Below, piece after piece: positions 1 through 10,136 of a DNA stretch of 64,000 bases. The position numbers and the translations under genes are program-made. The stretch comes from a virus. Lineage: Duplodnaviria; Caudoviricetes. The notes below the pieces were generated by a model. That model was not told the origin of the DNA, searched no databases, and saw nothing but the letters and a program-made list of their open reading frames with translations. The stretch lies in the IMG/VR virus record IMGVR_UViG_3300010282_000004, positions 64,001 to 128,000 of that record. The stretch is one strand, 5' to 3'. Position 1 is the stretch's first letter; each line of letters starts with the position of its first letter.

Positions 1-1
1 A

Positions 2-235
2 TGTCCAAAGGATGTAATATTTCAGGGATCAAATGATGGTTCTAATTGGACGGATATAATTTCATTTGAATTTTGTCCTAGTGCAGCTATGGGTATTACT
101 AAAACAGTACAGATACCAAACCCTTCTCAATATTTATATTACAGATGGTATGAAGAAACTGTAAACGCAGATTACGGTGTAATTACCGTTCTTGATGTTA
201 CGTTTGAAGGTGGTGCAATATCTGAGACATGGTAA
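2..235 (+). CDS. 3' end of a tail-associated protein with an F5/8 type C (discoidin)-like carbohydrate-binding domain (partial)
   Basis: Frame 2 is open from the window edge to TAA 233-235 and contains FQGSNDGSNWTDI, typical of F5/8C domains; tail context. Confidence 0.6.
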   Translation, partial: CPKDVIFQGSNDGSNWTDIISFEFCPSAAMGITKTVQIPNPSQYLYYRWYEETVNADYGVITVLDVTFEGGAISETW

Positions 236-256
236 AAAAGAAAATAAATAATAACT

Positions 257-291
257 ATAGGATAGTAGATTCACCTCTACTATCCTATTTT
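257..291 (+). terminator. Intrinsic terminator
   Basis: ATAGGATAGTAGA / TCTACTATCCTAT hairpin followed by TTTT. Confidence 0.7.
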
Positions 292-295
292 CATA

Positions 296-682
296 ATGGA
301 GGAAATTAAAATGAGTGAAACATATACTGATTTACCGTATACAAAATTTCCAGAAGATCAGGAAACTTTAATTACTTATCAGAACGTTGACAGTTCTAGT
401 AAAAACATTGTAGATACATATCTTGGTTATATGAGTCGTGGAGAATTTTCTGAAGCACAGACATACTACAATCAACATGCAAGCGTTTTGAATAAAATTA
501 TTATTAATGAGAATACAATTAATACATTACTACAGTCTATTATTGCTCTTGAAAGGATGTTCGCTAATGACATAACAGGATACATTAATAGAGTAACTAA
601 CAACTTAGTTCCAATCGAAGTTGTTAACTCCCTACCAGCAACAACAGAGTCAGGTAAATTGTACCTTGTTCTTGAATCTTAA
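296..682 (+). CDS. Phage tail-region hypothetical protein (probable start ATG 311)
   Basis: GGAGG RBS before ATG 311; C-terminal VVNSLPATTESGKLYLV motif is common in tail-fibre accessory proteins. Confidence 0.6.
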   Translation: MEEIKMSETYTDLPYTKFPEDQETLITYQNVDSSSKNIVDTYLGYMSRGEFSEAQTYYNQHASVLNKIIINENTINTLLQSIIALERMFANDITGYINRVTNNLVPIEVVNSLPATTESGKLYLVLES

Positions 683-696
683 TAGGGGGTGATTTA

Positions 697-2007
697 ATGC
701 CTTTTATATATAATAATGGAATTGGCAATAAGGTTGGTAGTTTAATTTATAATGATAATGGAACAGAAAAAAGAGTTATGTATGCATATATGGGAGATGG
801 ATCTAGCGGACAAGAGGTTTATCGTGGTGGAAACTGGGTAACATATTGTATAGACATGGGAGATTTATTAAATCCCATATATGAAGTAGTTTGGAGATGG
901 ACTGGTGAGAACGTACTTCAGAACTTAGGCTTTACACCTACTAAAGAAGATTACGAGTTTATGGGATGGAGTCATTCGGATGAACCATGTACACCTAGTG
1001 GCGGTGGTTTGTATACAGAACTCACTATGATTGGCGACCCAATTACAATATATGCTAACTTTAAGAAAAAAGTTACTGTAACTTCTTATGTGTATGACGC
1101 TGCTAATCCACATTTTAGTAGAAATAACGATGATTATATTGTGTATAACAATGGTAACGAAGAATATCCAAAGTTTACTATATCTTCTGTTACAATGCCA
1201 AACTATACATTCAAGGGTTGGGCAACAGGTGTAAGTCCATATGAAACTATAACATATGACAGTATTGTAAATAGAGAATTTTCAAGCAATACTACGGTAT
1301 ATGCGATTTATCATCGTAATACAAATATGTTATACGGATATTCAATTAATGGTACTGTAACTAGATTAGAAGGTGCAGTTGCTATTAATGCAAATAATAC
1401 AGAACTTATAGGATACCCAATTTTAACAATTGATGATCCTTCTAAACCAGAAGCCTCATTCTTGGGATGGAGTACTGATGGCACAAGAAATATAGCATAT
1501 GCACATATAACAAATATGCCAATTTTAAACAACAATATTATGTTCTACTCAGTGTTCAAATATGGTGATAGTCCAGATCCATTAGATCCCACTCAGACAC
1601 GTAGGATTATTATAAATGGAGACCATCAGCAAGAAGGACGAATTGATGGAAATGATTCAAACACTTGGCTAAGATTGTATGATGAAAATGGAAATGAACT
1701 TTCTTATGACTGCTCAATGTTTGAGAGAGTCGATGCATCAGGAGTCTGCTCTTTGGATCAAGGTGTTGGATTATATCTTAGAGAAACTTATGGTGGAAAT
1801 CAGAGCCATGACGGAAATGATGGTAGTGAGCCACCTATAGATAAACACGGTATGCTTAATGGAACATTCGGAAATGTTTTATTGGAACTTCCTGAGTCTG
1901 GAACTACTACATTGTGTGTTGGTGTTATGAGCAATAGTATTGCTTATGTATCAAATGTAAATGTTAATGGTGGAGTCAGACTTATTGGACGTACAACTGT
2001 AGGTTAA
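697..2007 (+). CDS. Virion-associated protein with InlB B-repeat (Flg_new)-like repeats
   Basis: Three F-x-G-W repeats (PTKEDYEFMGWS, NYTFKGWAT, ASFLGWST); GGGGG RBS. Confidence 0.6.
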   Translation: MPFIYNNGIGNKVGSLIYNDNGTEKRVMYAYMGDGSSGQEVYRGGNWVTYCIDMGDLLNPIYEVVWRWTGENVLQNLGFTPTKEDYEFMGWSHSDEPCTPSGGGLYTELTMIGDPITIYANFKKKVTVTSYVYDAANPHFSRNNDDYIVYNNGNEEYPKFTISSVTMPNYTFKGWATGVSPYETITYDSIVNREFSSNTTVYAIYHRNTNMLYGYSINGTVTRLEGAVAINANNTELIGYPILTIDDPSKPEASFLGWSTDGTRNIAYAHITNMPILNNNIMFYSVFKYGDSPDPLDPTQTRRIIINGDHQQEGRIDGNDSNTWLRLYDENGNELSYDCSMFERVDASGVCSLDQGVGLYLRETYGGNQSHDGNDGSEPPIDKHGMLNGTFGNVLLELPESGTTTLCVGVMSNSIAYVSNVNVNGGVRLIGRTTVG

Positions 2008-2020
2008 GGGAGGTGTATAA

Positions 2021-2611
2021 ATGAAAAAGAATGTTATTTTAATTCAAGGCGATAAGAATCTTATCGTAACACAGATGCGCCCTATTTTCCAGAAAGAAAA
2101 TAGAGCCGACTATATTGACTTCTTAATTGCGGATGATTTCGCAGGAGATGTTACAGACTACTTGGCAGTTCTTCAGGTTATCCTCCCGGACAATGAGACA
2201 GGTGGTCAGACAGGAAAGCTTAGATATATGGACTTTGAACCTGAACAGTACAAAGGAAGATATGTCATGAGACTTCCTATCACTACTACTCTAACTGATA
2301 ATTATGGTGAAGTAAAAATGCAGTTTATCTTTGTTAATGCAGTTAATGAAGAACTTGTTAAGACTTCGCAGTGTTCTATTCTTGTTGAGAAACAATGGTA
2401 CAGTGGAAGTATCATTGATGACGATGACGATGGATATGATGTATTGGATGATATCAATCAGCAGTTAGAAGATTTAAGAAATGATAAACTTGATAAACAT
2501 TTTAACTATGACCCTGAGAACAACACATTGCAGTTCTTTGTGAATGGTTCTGCTATTCCTACGATTATCAGATTGGATGATAACGTAACATGGTCTAGTT
2601 GGGATGTATAA
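2021..2611 (+). CDS. Baseplate upper/BppU-N-like tail adaptor protein
   Basis: IFQKENRADYIDF N-terminus, beta-rich body, position ahead of fibre genes; GGGAGG RBS. Confidence 0.45.
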   Translation: MKKNVILIQGDKNLIVTQMRPIFQKENRADYIDFLIADDFAGDVTDYLAVLQVILPDNETGGQTGKLRYMDFEPEQYKGRYVMRLPITTTLTDNYGEVKMQFIFVNAVNEELVKTSQCSILVEKQWYSGSIIDDDDDGYDVLDDINQQLEDLRNDKLDKHFNYDPENNTLQFFVNGSAIPTIIRLDDNVTWSSWDV

Positions 2612-2630
2612 GTGGAAAGGAGGCTGAGAG

Positions 2631-3305
2631 GTGGCAGACGAAAGAAAGCTTGTTCTCAAGAGTATAATTTGGTCTGATTACAATACACTTGTAAACAATA
2701 ACACTCTTGACCCTAGAACATTATATTTCATTACAGATAAAGGATTCCTATACACACACAATAAGTTGTATTCCGGGAAATATGAGTTTTACTCCTCTCT
2801 CCCACTGAATCCTGAACTTAATACTTTATATATAAATGAAAATGATTTGTCGGCTATGATATGGGATGGAACTGATTGGGTTGAAACGGCTAAAGGGTAT
2901 TCACTGTCTGTAGACGAGTACAGTACACATGATACTGTACCCACATCTAAAGCAGTGTACGACTTGGTTTCTACTTATACTCCGAGTGGTGGTACGTCAG
3001 TACATATAGATACCACTGCAAATTGGAATGCTCAGTCTACTCTGATCGGTCAACGTGGACATATTTATATATATTCTGATAAAGATATTATTGATGGAAC
3101 TGCTATCCCTGCTATGAAAGTTGGGGATGGTAGTTCTTATTTAATAGATAATCCTTTCGTAGATGCTAATACAAAAGAGGTATATGACCATGTAACAAAT
3201 ACTGATATTCATATTACATCTTTGGAAAGGGAATTTTGGAACAATAAGGTAACTTGTTTCATGTCTGATAATGACAATGAGACTTTGGTATTTAGTAAAG
3301 ACTAA
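2631..3305 (+). CDS. Tail fibre-associated protein
   Basis: VPTSKAVYD and TTANWN...GHIYIYSD...MKVGDG motifs typical of fibre/Mtd-N-like adaptors. Confidence 0.55.
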   Translation: MADERKLVLKSIIWSDYNTLVNNNTLDPRTLYFITDKGFLYTHNKLYSGKYEFYSSLPLNPELNTLYINENDLSAMIWDGTDWVETAKGYSLSVDEYSTHDTVPTSKAVYDLVSTYTPSGGTSVHIDTTANWNAQSTLIGQRGHIYIYSDKDIIDGTAIPAMKVGDGSSYLIDNPFVDANTKEVYDHVTNTDIHITSLEREFWNNKVTCFMSDNDNETLVFSKD

Positions 3306-3323
3306 GGAAGGAGGAATAATTAA

Positions 3324-4295
3324 ATGCCAGATATTTCGAAAATTACGTTACCAAGTGGTACGACTTATGATATTAAAGATACTATTGCGAGACAGATGTC
3401 AGGTGGTGGTGTTGTATTTATAGGAGAGGTTACTCCAGAGACTGCTATTACAGATTTACAAGATTGCAATCCTATCTACCTTCTTCCTAAAACTGTTGAA
3501 GAACCAGACGGTCATCCTCATACTCCTGCTCAGAATGAAGCGGTATTTAAGGGGGAAATTGAATATGTTTATGATGGTTCTATTTGGCATAAGTTTGGTG
3601 ACAGAACTGGATTAGGTGATATGGCTTTGGCTGATACTGCAAGTGCGTCATATACTCCTGGCGGTAGTGTTAATTTGAGCGGTACGACTGATACGTTGGA
3701 AGTTGGTGTAGCATTGTCAGGTACTGCAACCTATACACCTAGTGGTTCTAATGCAGATTCGGCAGTAACAGGCTCATGTACTGTAACTGCTAGTGGCTCA
3801 ATCTCTGTTGGTTCTGGTACTACAAACTATACTCCCGGTGGAACTGTATCTGCTCCTACAATTAGCGTTGACAGTGCAGGTGCTACAGATACTGTTAATA
3901 GTGCTACCGCTAAAACTGTAGTTACGGATATGAGTGTGGCAGCACCTTCATCTACTCAGGCTACTGGTGAGTTAGTTTATATGAGTGTAGCAAATGAGAC
4001 TCTTACATTCCAAAAGTTTGTTGAGACAACAGGGGACTCAATTACTACTACTGCAAAGACTGTAAAGACAGGTGATGCATCTTATACCGCATCTACTCCT
4101 ACATTCAGTGGTACGGCAGTTGATCTTGAATTCACAGGTACATCTGCTAGTGGAACTATTAGTGGTACTGCCGCTGGTCAGACGTTCAGTGGAGATGCAG
4201 TTAGACTTGAAACAGAGTCAGTTACTATTCCAGATACTGCTACGTTCACAGGAACAACTGCTAATATTACGGTATCCCCTGATCCCATCTCTTAA
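3324..4295 (+). CDS. Thr/Ser/Gly-rich tail fibre protein
   Basis: Repeated YTPxG and TFxGT motifs; N-terminal ISKITLPSGTTYDIKD. Confidence 0.65.
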   Translation: MPDISKITLPSGTTYDIKDTIARQMSGGGVVFIGEVTPETAITDLQDCNPIYLLPKTVEEPDGHPHTPAQNEAVFKGEIEYVYDGSIWHKFGDRTGLGDMALADTASASYTPGGSVNLSGTTDTLEVGVALSGTATYTPSGSNADSAVTGSCTVTASGSISVGSGTTNYTPGGTVSAPTISVDSAGATDTVNSATAKTVVTDMSVAAPSSTQATGELVYMSVANETLTFQKFVETTGDSITTTAKTVKTGDASYTASTPTFSGTAVDLEFTGTSASGTISGTAAGQTFSGDAVRLETESVTIPDTATFTGTTANITVSPDPIS

Positions 4296-4310
4296 TGAGG
4301 GGGTGATTGG

Positions 4311-7136
4311 ATGCCTACAATAAAACAAATTAAAACTCCTGACAATACAACTTATGATATTCATGGAGTGGATGATACGGCTTATCATACGGATGATACT
4401 GAATTAACAAGTGCTAGTAGTTTGGCAAATAGTGATTATATTCCAATATATGATACATCTGATACCGCTAGTAAAAAGTTTAAAATATCAAATCTTGTAA
4501 CTAGATTAAAGACATTATTAGGTCTTGGCAACGCAGCATATAAGGATATCAAACATACATACGATTCAAGTAATGAAGATGCAATTTCTGGAAAGGGTGT
4601 AGCTGATGCCTTGTCTACACTTCCAGAGCCTATGATATTTAAAGGTAGTCTTGGAACCGGTGGTACTGTTACAACTCTTCCAACTGCATCTAGTTCTAAT
4701 AAAGGATATACATACAAAGTTATTACGGATGGAACGTATGCATCACAGTCTGCTAAAGTTGGTGATACATTTATCTCAGATGGAACTACTTGGGTACTTA
4801 TCCCATCTGGTGATGAACCTAGTGGTACTGTTACGTCCGTAAAGATTAACGCAACATCTCCTATTGCAGTTAGTAGCACATCTGCCATTACGACTAGTGG
4901 CACAAGAACAATAAGTCATGAAACGAGTGGTGCTACCGCAGGTAGTTATGGTGACAGTGGGGATCAAACTCCTACATATGGTGGAACATTTAAAGTGCCA
5001 TATATTACTGTAAATGATACTGGTCATGTAACCGGGATTAGCGCACATACTGTTAAGATTCCTTCTAGTGATAATACAAATACCACATATACTTTTGCAT
5101 ACGGAACAAATCAGTTTACAGTTACTCCTAGTGATGGATCTGCATCTACAATTAAAGTAACACCTCAGTTAAAGATTGACGGTATTACTAGCGATACAAC
5201 AGATAAAGAAATTAACTGTTATGGTGAATGTTCTACCGCAGCTGGCACTGCCGCAAAGACGGTTAGTATAACAAAAGGAACTTTTGCTTTGGCTACTGGA
5301 TCTAAAGTTATTGTTAAGTTTACTAATGCCAATACTGCGAATAATCCAACTTTAAATGTTAATAGTAAGGGTGCTAAAAATATATTCCACAATGGAGCAA
5401 GAATTACAACAGGAACAAATAAGGCATTGTTAGCAGGCACTGTTGAGTTTGTATACGATGGTACACAGTTCCAGTTAGTAGGCAACTATATTAATACAGA
5501 ATATACCGCAGCATCATCCGCACCCGGAAAAGTTGCATCCTCATCGTCAACAGGAACAAGTACGGATTATGCTAGGGCAGACCATACACATGGAATTGAT
5601 CTGGCAACTGGTGATGCTAATGGACAAGTTAAAATTGCCGGTACAAATGTTGACGTAAAAGGTCTTGGAAGTAATGCTTATACATCAACATCATATTTAC
5701 CATTAGCTGGTGGAACTGTAACCGGTACACTTATTCTATCAAGGACACAGGATGCAAGTGGTACACAAAATAACAAGCCGGCTCTTATAGTTGGTGGAAC
5801 AGATACTCAAGGACATATCGAGATTGATAGCAATGAGATTATGGCAAAATCAAATGGAACAACTCCAAGTGGTTTATACCTAAACTCTGATGGTGGAGTG
5901 GTTCAGATTAATAGTGGTATCAAGTTTAAAAAGAAAACCACTAATGCTTTATACACCGGATCTGGTACTGCCGGTAGCACATCTGCTGATACAACTCCTG
6001 TTTGTACTCCTGCTTTGTGGACATATAATACTGGTCAATCATTGGAAGATGGAGATGTTATATGTATAAAGATTCCAATAGCTGGTCATGCCAATGGTGT
6101 GGCATTGTCAGTAGATAATGGAACTACATATAAGCCAGTTATAGTAGGGAACTCAGGTGCCTCATTATGTACAACACATTATGGTAATGGAGTATATTTA
6201 ATGCTTGTATATGAAGCAAATACAAGTGTTAGTGCTTATCCAGCGGAAGGTGCTACTGCAAAATCAAGTATAAAAGGAAATTGGCGAGTTGTTAATTATC
6301 GTGATACAAATACAGATACGTTGGTGAAACAAACAGAGATGTCAACTGCAAATACATGGAGAAGTTTGTGTTGGGCAAGCACAAATAATGCAACAGAGGC
6401 AACTGCCCAAGTATATAAAAGTACAGGTTTATCTGCACATTTTCAAACAGTTGGTGTGGCAAATACAGAAGGTATTGTAAATCTTGCAATTGGAAATAGC
6501 AAGGATAAAACTGCTGATGGTAATTATACTGGTAGATTATATTTATATAATGTGGTTGGAAGTAGGCATACAATATCGCCTAGCGCATCTGTGGTCGATA
6601 TATCATTGGCACTCCCAAACAAAAGCGGTACTATAAATACAAAATATGGAAATAGTTGCTTGATAGGAAATCAGTCAAGCACAGTTGACGCAAATATGAG
6701 ATGGTATAGAGTTGCAACATGGGAAGTATCTACTAAAAATATAGATGTGTCTTCAATGATTGCAGTTAGCAATACATATACAAATGGCTCTACTGCAAAT
6801 CAATGTGCAGGATTGCTTTATGTCCATTTTAGACAAAGCGATTTAGGGACGTGTCAACATGCGAATTTAAATTTTGTATCTAATAAAGGATTTAATACAC
6901 AACATTTTAAACTCGTTTGGAAGCCATCGGATGATCCTACAACCACTGGTATAGATGGACTTACATGTGCTTTGTATACATATATAGATGTAAGATATTT
7001 AACAAGACGTTTTACATTTTTAGATGATGGTTATAGAACAAATACGGCTGAAGTTGCAACATATTATGATAATACAACTAGGGAAGTAGAGCCTACAACA
7101 TCACAGGGTTGGACAAGTGGTGTTTATGCAAGTTAA
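4311..7136 (+). CDS. Long tail fibre / receptor-binding protein
   Basis: 941 aa, T/S/G-rich; YGECSTAAGTAAKTV, YARADHTH and YLPLAGGTVTG fibre motifs; last gene of the + strand module. Confidence 0.75.
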   Translation: MPTIKQIKTPDNTTYDIHGVDDTAYHTDDTELTSASSLANSDYIPIYDTSDTASKKFKISNLVTRLKTLLGLGNAAYKDIKHTYDSSNEDAISGKGVADALSTLPEPMIFKGSLGTGGTVTTLPTASSSNKGYTYKVITDGTYASQSAKVGDTFISDGTTWVLIPSGDEPSGTVTSVKINATSPIAVSSTSAITTSGTRTISHETSGATAGSYGDSGDQTPTYGGTFKVPYITVNDTGHVTGISAHTVKIPSSDNTNTTYTFAYGTNQFTVTPSDGSASTIKVTPQLKIDGITSDTTDKEINCYGECSTAAGTAAKTVSITKGTFALATGSKVIVKFTNANTANNPTLNVNSKGAKNIFHNGARITTGTNKALLAGTVEFVYDGTQFQLVGNYINTEYTAASSAPGKVASSSSTGTSTDYARADHTHGIDLATGDANGQVKIAGTNVDVKGLGSNAYTSTSYLPLAGGTVTGTLILSRTQDASGTQNNKPALIVGGTDTQGHIEIDSNEIMAKSNGTTPSGLYLNSDGGVVQINSGIKFKKKTTNALYTGSGTAGSTSADTTPVCTPALWTYNTGQSLEDGDVICIKIPIAGHANGVALSVDNGTTYKPVIVGNSGASLCTTHYGNGVYLMLVYEANTSVSAYPAEGATAKSSIKGNWRVVNYRDTNTDTLVKQTEMSTANTWRSLCWASTNNATEATAQVYKSTGLSAHFQTVGVANTEGIVNLAIGNSKDKTADGNYTGRLYLYNVVGSRHTISPSASVVDISLALPNKSGTINTKYGNSCLIGNQSSTVDANMRWYRVATWEVSTKNIDVSSMIAVSNTYTNGSTANQCAGLLYVHFRQSDLGTCQHANLNFVSNKGFNTQHFKLVWKPSDDPTTTGIDGLTCALYTYIDVRYLTRRFTFLDDGYRTNTAEVATYYDNTTREVEPTTSQGWTSGVYAS

Positions 7137-7152
7137 CAAATAATTATTTACT

Positions 7153-7188
7153 ATGGGAAGATCATTTATTTGGTCTTCCCATTTTTTT
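7153..7188. terminator. Terminator between convergent genes
   Basis: ATGGGAAGA / TCTTCCCAT hairpin plus T-run. Confidence 0.65.
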
Positions 7189-7497
7189 GCTTTCTTCTAA
7201 TCTATTGGTAATCTCATGTAATATATCGTTTAATTCATTTAGTTGTCGCATGTCAAGTAAATCTACACTTACATTAATCTTAATCGATTTTGGTTGTTTT
7301 ACCATTGATAAATCAATTAACTTTGAGTAAAGACAACTTCCGGTTACTATCTCTGCTATCCTGCCAGCAGGCATAGAACCTTTTGGTCGATGCTTATTAT
7401 ATACTTTCTCACTTAAATAATCTACTTCAAGTGTTTCTTTGATTGTATTATAATTTGTTATGAACATATCTAAATAGTACTGTTTATCGGCATTCAT
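7162..7497 (-). CDS. Hypothetical protein
   Basis: 111-aa ORF with AGGAG RBS, downstream of the integrase. Confidence 0.55.
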   Translation of the reverse strand: MNADKQYYLDMFITNYNTIKETLEVDYLSEKVYNKHRPKGSMPAGRIAEIVTGSCLYSKLIDLSMVKQPKSIKINVSVDLLDMRQLNELNDILHEITNRLEESKKMGRPNK

Positions 7498-7567
7498 GGC
7501 TATCTCCTGTCATGTTCTCAACTACCGATAATCATCCCCATGACTATTAGGAGTTGAGAACTTTACT

Positions 7568-8938
7568 TTATACATTAAACTTAACATCTACAACGTCATC
7601 TGTTATCTTGATTTCTTTGATTATCCTAGTAACAATATTTCTTTTTTCATTCATTGTCAGACTATCCCAAATGTTTCGTATAGAGTTTAGGGACTTGATT
7701 GTATCTCTTCTTATACTATTAGACTCAGATCTGTTCTGCTCTTCTAAAATCTTTTCGTCTATGTCTTCAAGTTTTTTCTTTTGCTCAGTTATAGAATCCA
7801 GCAACACTTCACTGTCATCATCTGAGTATAAATCATATAAACGTTTTAGTTTTTTTGTTATTGCTATCCTTTGTTGTTCTAATAGTGATAGAACATCTAT
7901 CTCTTCTATATTATATTGTTTACTATTACTATTATAATTGTCAGCAAATTCAAACATTGCTGATATAATATTATCCTCTATCTCTTTCGCCCAAAGTTTC
8001 TTTTGTGTGCAGTTTGGGTCTTTAACCATATAAGGTTTGGTTATCTGCTGAGAGTAGCAAACAAACTTGCAGACCATTTTATCAGTCTTACTCCATTTTT
8101 GGTATCTCATCCTAGCACCACATTTGCCACAGTAAACAAGACCTGTTAATAAATGGTCAGACCTAACGACAGATGATGTCGATCTACGTTTCATTTCTTT
8201 CATTGCATTATCATACATTTCTTTGGAAATAATAGGCTCATGTTTACCGCAATATTCTACACCATTGTATTCTATAATGCCGTAATATGTTTTCCTCTTT
8301 AATATTTGCCTTATAAATATCTCGTACTTTAAACCAAGTAAGTTTGCTATATCTTGTTGGGACATACCATTCAAATACAGTTGAAAAATCTGTACAACTT
8401 TTTCGGCATCTTCATTTGGCACAAGTATTCCTTGGTTAGAATCATAGTCGTAGCCGAATGGTATCTTGCCACCACCCATCCATAGACCTGACTTAACTCT
8501 TTCTTTCATACCTATCCTAGTTCTCAACTTAATGTTCTCACGTTCTAGTTGTGCAAATGCTGATAAGATTCCTATCATAAGTTTACCGGTTGGACTCGTT
8601 GTATCTATACTTTCATTTAAGGACACAAAGTCTACACCATTCTCATTGAATACATCTTCTATAAGATACAGTGTATCTTTCTGTGATCTGCTTAGTCTGT
8701 CTAACTTAAATACAATAACACATGATATTTTATTATTAGAACAATCTGATATCAATCTTTGTATCTCAGGACGGTTGATCGTACTACCAGAGTATCCACC
8801 ATCTATATAGTATTCATAATCTTTCATACCCTTTGCTATACAATATGCAGTTAGTTGTTCCTTCTGAGCATCGATTGAGTATCCTTCTTCTGCTTGAGCA
8901 TCTGTTGATACTCTAATGTATATGGCCGCTTTCTTCAT
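7568..8938 (-). CDS. Large serine recombinase (phage integrase)
   Basis: YIRVST catalytic Ser, FKLDRLSR, recombinase domain, Zn ribbon CGKCG, coiled coil; start MKKAAIY after AGGAGG. Confidence 0.95.
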   Translation of the reverse strand: MKKAAIYIRVSTDAQAEEGYSIDAQKEQLTAYCIAKGMKDYEYYIDGGYSGSTINRPEIQRLISDCSNNKISCVIVFKLDRLSRSQKDTLYLIEDVFNENGVDFVSLNESIDTTSPTGKLMIGILSAFAQLERENIKLRTRIGMKERVKSGLWMGGGKIPFGYDYDSNQGILVPNEDAEKVVQIFQLYLNGMSQQDIANLLGLKYEIFIRQILKRKTYYGIIEYNGVEYCGKHEPIISKEMYDNAMKEMKRRSTSSVVRSDHLLTGLVYCGKCGARMRYQKWSKTDKMVCKFVCYSQQITKPYMVKDPNCTQKKLWAKEIEDNIISAMFEFADNYNSNSKQYNIEEIDVLSLLEQQRIAITKKLKRLYDLYSDDDSEVLLDSITEQKKKLEDIDEKILEEQNRSESNSIRRDTIKSLNSIRNIWDSLTMNEKRNIVTRIIKEIKITDDVVDVKFNV

Positions 8939-8964
8939 AACCTCTCCTAAAAAAAAGTAAAAAA

Positions 8965-9000
8965 ATGGGAGAACAAGATTATAAAATCTCATTCTCCCAT
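8965..9000 (-). terminator. Intrinsic terminator upstream of the integrase
   Basis: ATGGGAGAA / TTCTCCCAT hairpin with U-run on the minus strand. Confidence 0.6.
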
Positions 9001-9062
9001 ATATTAACATATAGTTATTTGTTTTTCAACCACGACTTATTGGTTTGGTTGTTTGTAGAAAT

Positions 9063-9581
9063 TTATCTACCTGTACTTCCGATTCCACCATCACGTCTTT
9101 CACGAACATCGTCAGCATATGTGATACCAAATGGAACAAAGATACCCTGTGCAATCTTATCTCCAGCTTCTACGTTAAATGTTTTATCACCTCTGTTAAC
9201 AAACTTAAGCATAATGTGTCCTTCGTTGGCACTGCCAAAATAATCACTGTCAATAATACCTACTGTATTAACTAACTGAACACCATACTTAAATCCAATG
9301 CTACTTCTAGGAACTACCATTAACACATAGTCTGAATCCATGTAGCATCTAATACCAGTTGCAATCTTAATCGACTCACCCGGCTCCAATGTAAAATCAA
9401 TAGGTGACACGAAATCATATCCTGCACTACCCATTGTACTTCTTTCTGGAAGCTTAACGTCCTCAAGCTCTACTCTAAGTTCTTCAAACTCTTCTGAGCC
9501 ATTTTCTACCAATCCATTCGCTCTGTCAGTAATATACTGATCCAATGATACCTTTTGAAAGTCTGCCACTCTACTCTGCAT
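9063..9581 (-). CDS. dut: Trimeric dUTPase
   Basis: SAGYD, PRSS, GIIDSDY, IAQG and RDGGIGSTG motifs I-V. Confidence 0.95.
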   Translation of the reverse strand: MQSRVADFQKVSLDQYITDRANGLVENGSEEFEELRVELEDVKLPERSTMGSAGYDFVSPIDFTLEPGESIKIATGIRCYMDSDYVLMVVPRSSIGFKYGVQLVNTVGIIDSDYFGSANEGHIMLKFVNRGDKTFNVEAGDKIAQGIFVPFGITYADDVRERRDGGIGSTGR

Positions 9582-9768
9582 TTTGTTCTGTCTCCTTTTT
9601 TTCTTCTACAATTTTTGATTTGTTTTCACATGGAATACACTGACCATAGTAATATTCCTTGTCTTTGATTGTGCAATAAACCTTGATAAGTTTTTTGCTA
9701 TGTTCAATTACATTGCCATATCTGCAATTCTCACAGTCCTTACCAGCTATGATCAAAACTTGCACCAA
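9571..9768 (-). CDS. Small Cys-rich hypothetical protein
   Basis: CxxC...C...CxxC; overlaps neighbouring genes. Confidence 0.5.
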   Translation of the reverse strand: MVQVLIIAGKDCENCRYGNVIEHSKKLIKVYCTIKDKEYYYGQCIPCENKSKIVEEKKETEQNAE

Positions 9769-10081
9769 CCTTTCTGTACTCTTTTAAAATATTCTTCTTG
9801 ATAATGTCAAGAACAGGTGTGTAATCACCATATTCATAGAAGTAATAAGGTGCATACGCTTCTCCTGTTTCACGATTATAAACGTTTACTTCCAATCTTC
9901 CTGAGTTTGAATGTAAAGTAAACTCACAATCTAAGATAACTTTCGTACCATTCTTATATCTATATACCGGGAACCTATGTATGTATACTGCATAACCATA
10001 GTCGGATGATAACTGCCTATTGTAAAACCAATAGTGTTCTTTGAGATAATCTCTTGTAAGTTCTTGAGTAATTTTAATCAC
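9740..10081 (-). CDS. Hypothetical protein
   Basis: 113-aa ORF with GAGGTG RBS. Confidence 0.55.
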   Translation of the reverse strand: MIKITQELTRDYLKEHYWFYNRQLSSDYGYAVYIHRFPVYRYKNGTKVILDCEFTLHSNSGRLEVNVYNRETGEAYAPYYFYEYGDYTPVLDIIKKNILKEYRKVGASFDHSW

Positions 10082-10136
10082 TCCGCATGCACCTCACTTT
10101 CTTTATATATTATTATTCTCTATCTATAAATTTTTG

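Noticed and set aside
4436-8810. Antisense or alternative-frame ORFs such as 4436-4903, 7554-7937 and 8466-8810 (and similar ones elsewhere)
   Set aside because: They are shadows of well-supported genes and lack RBSs or motifs
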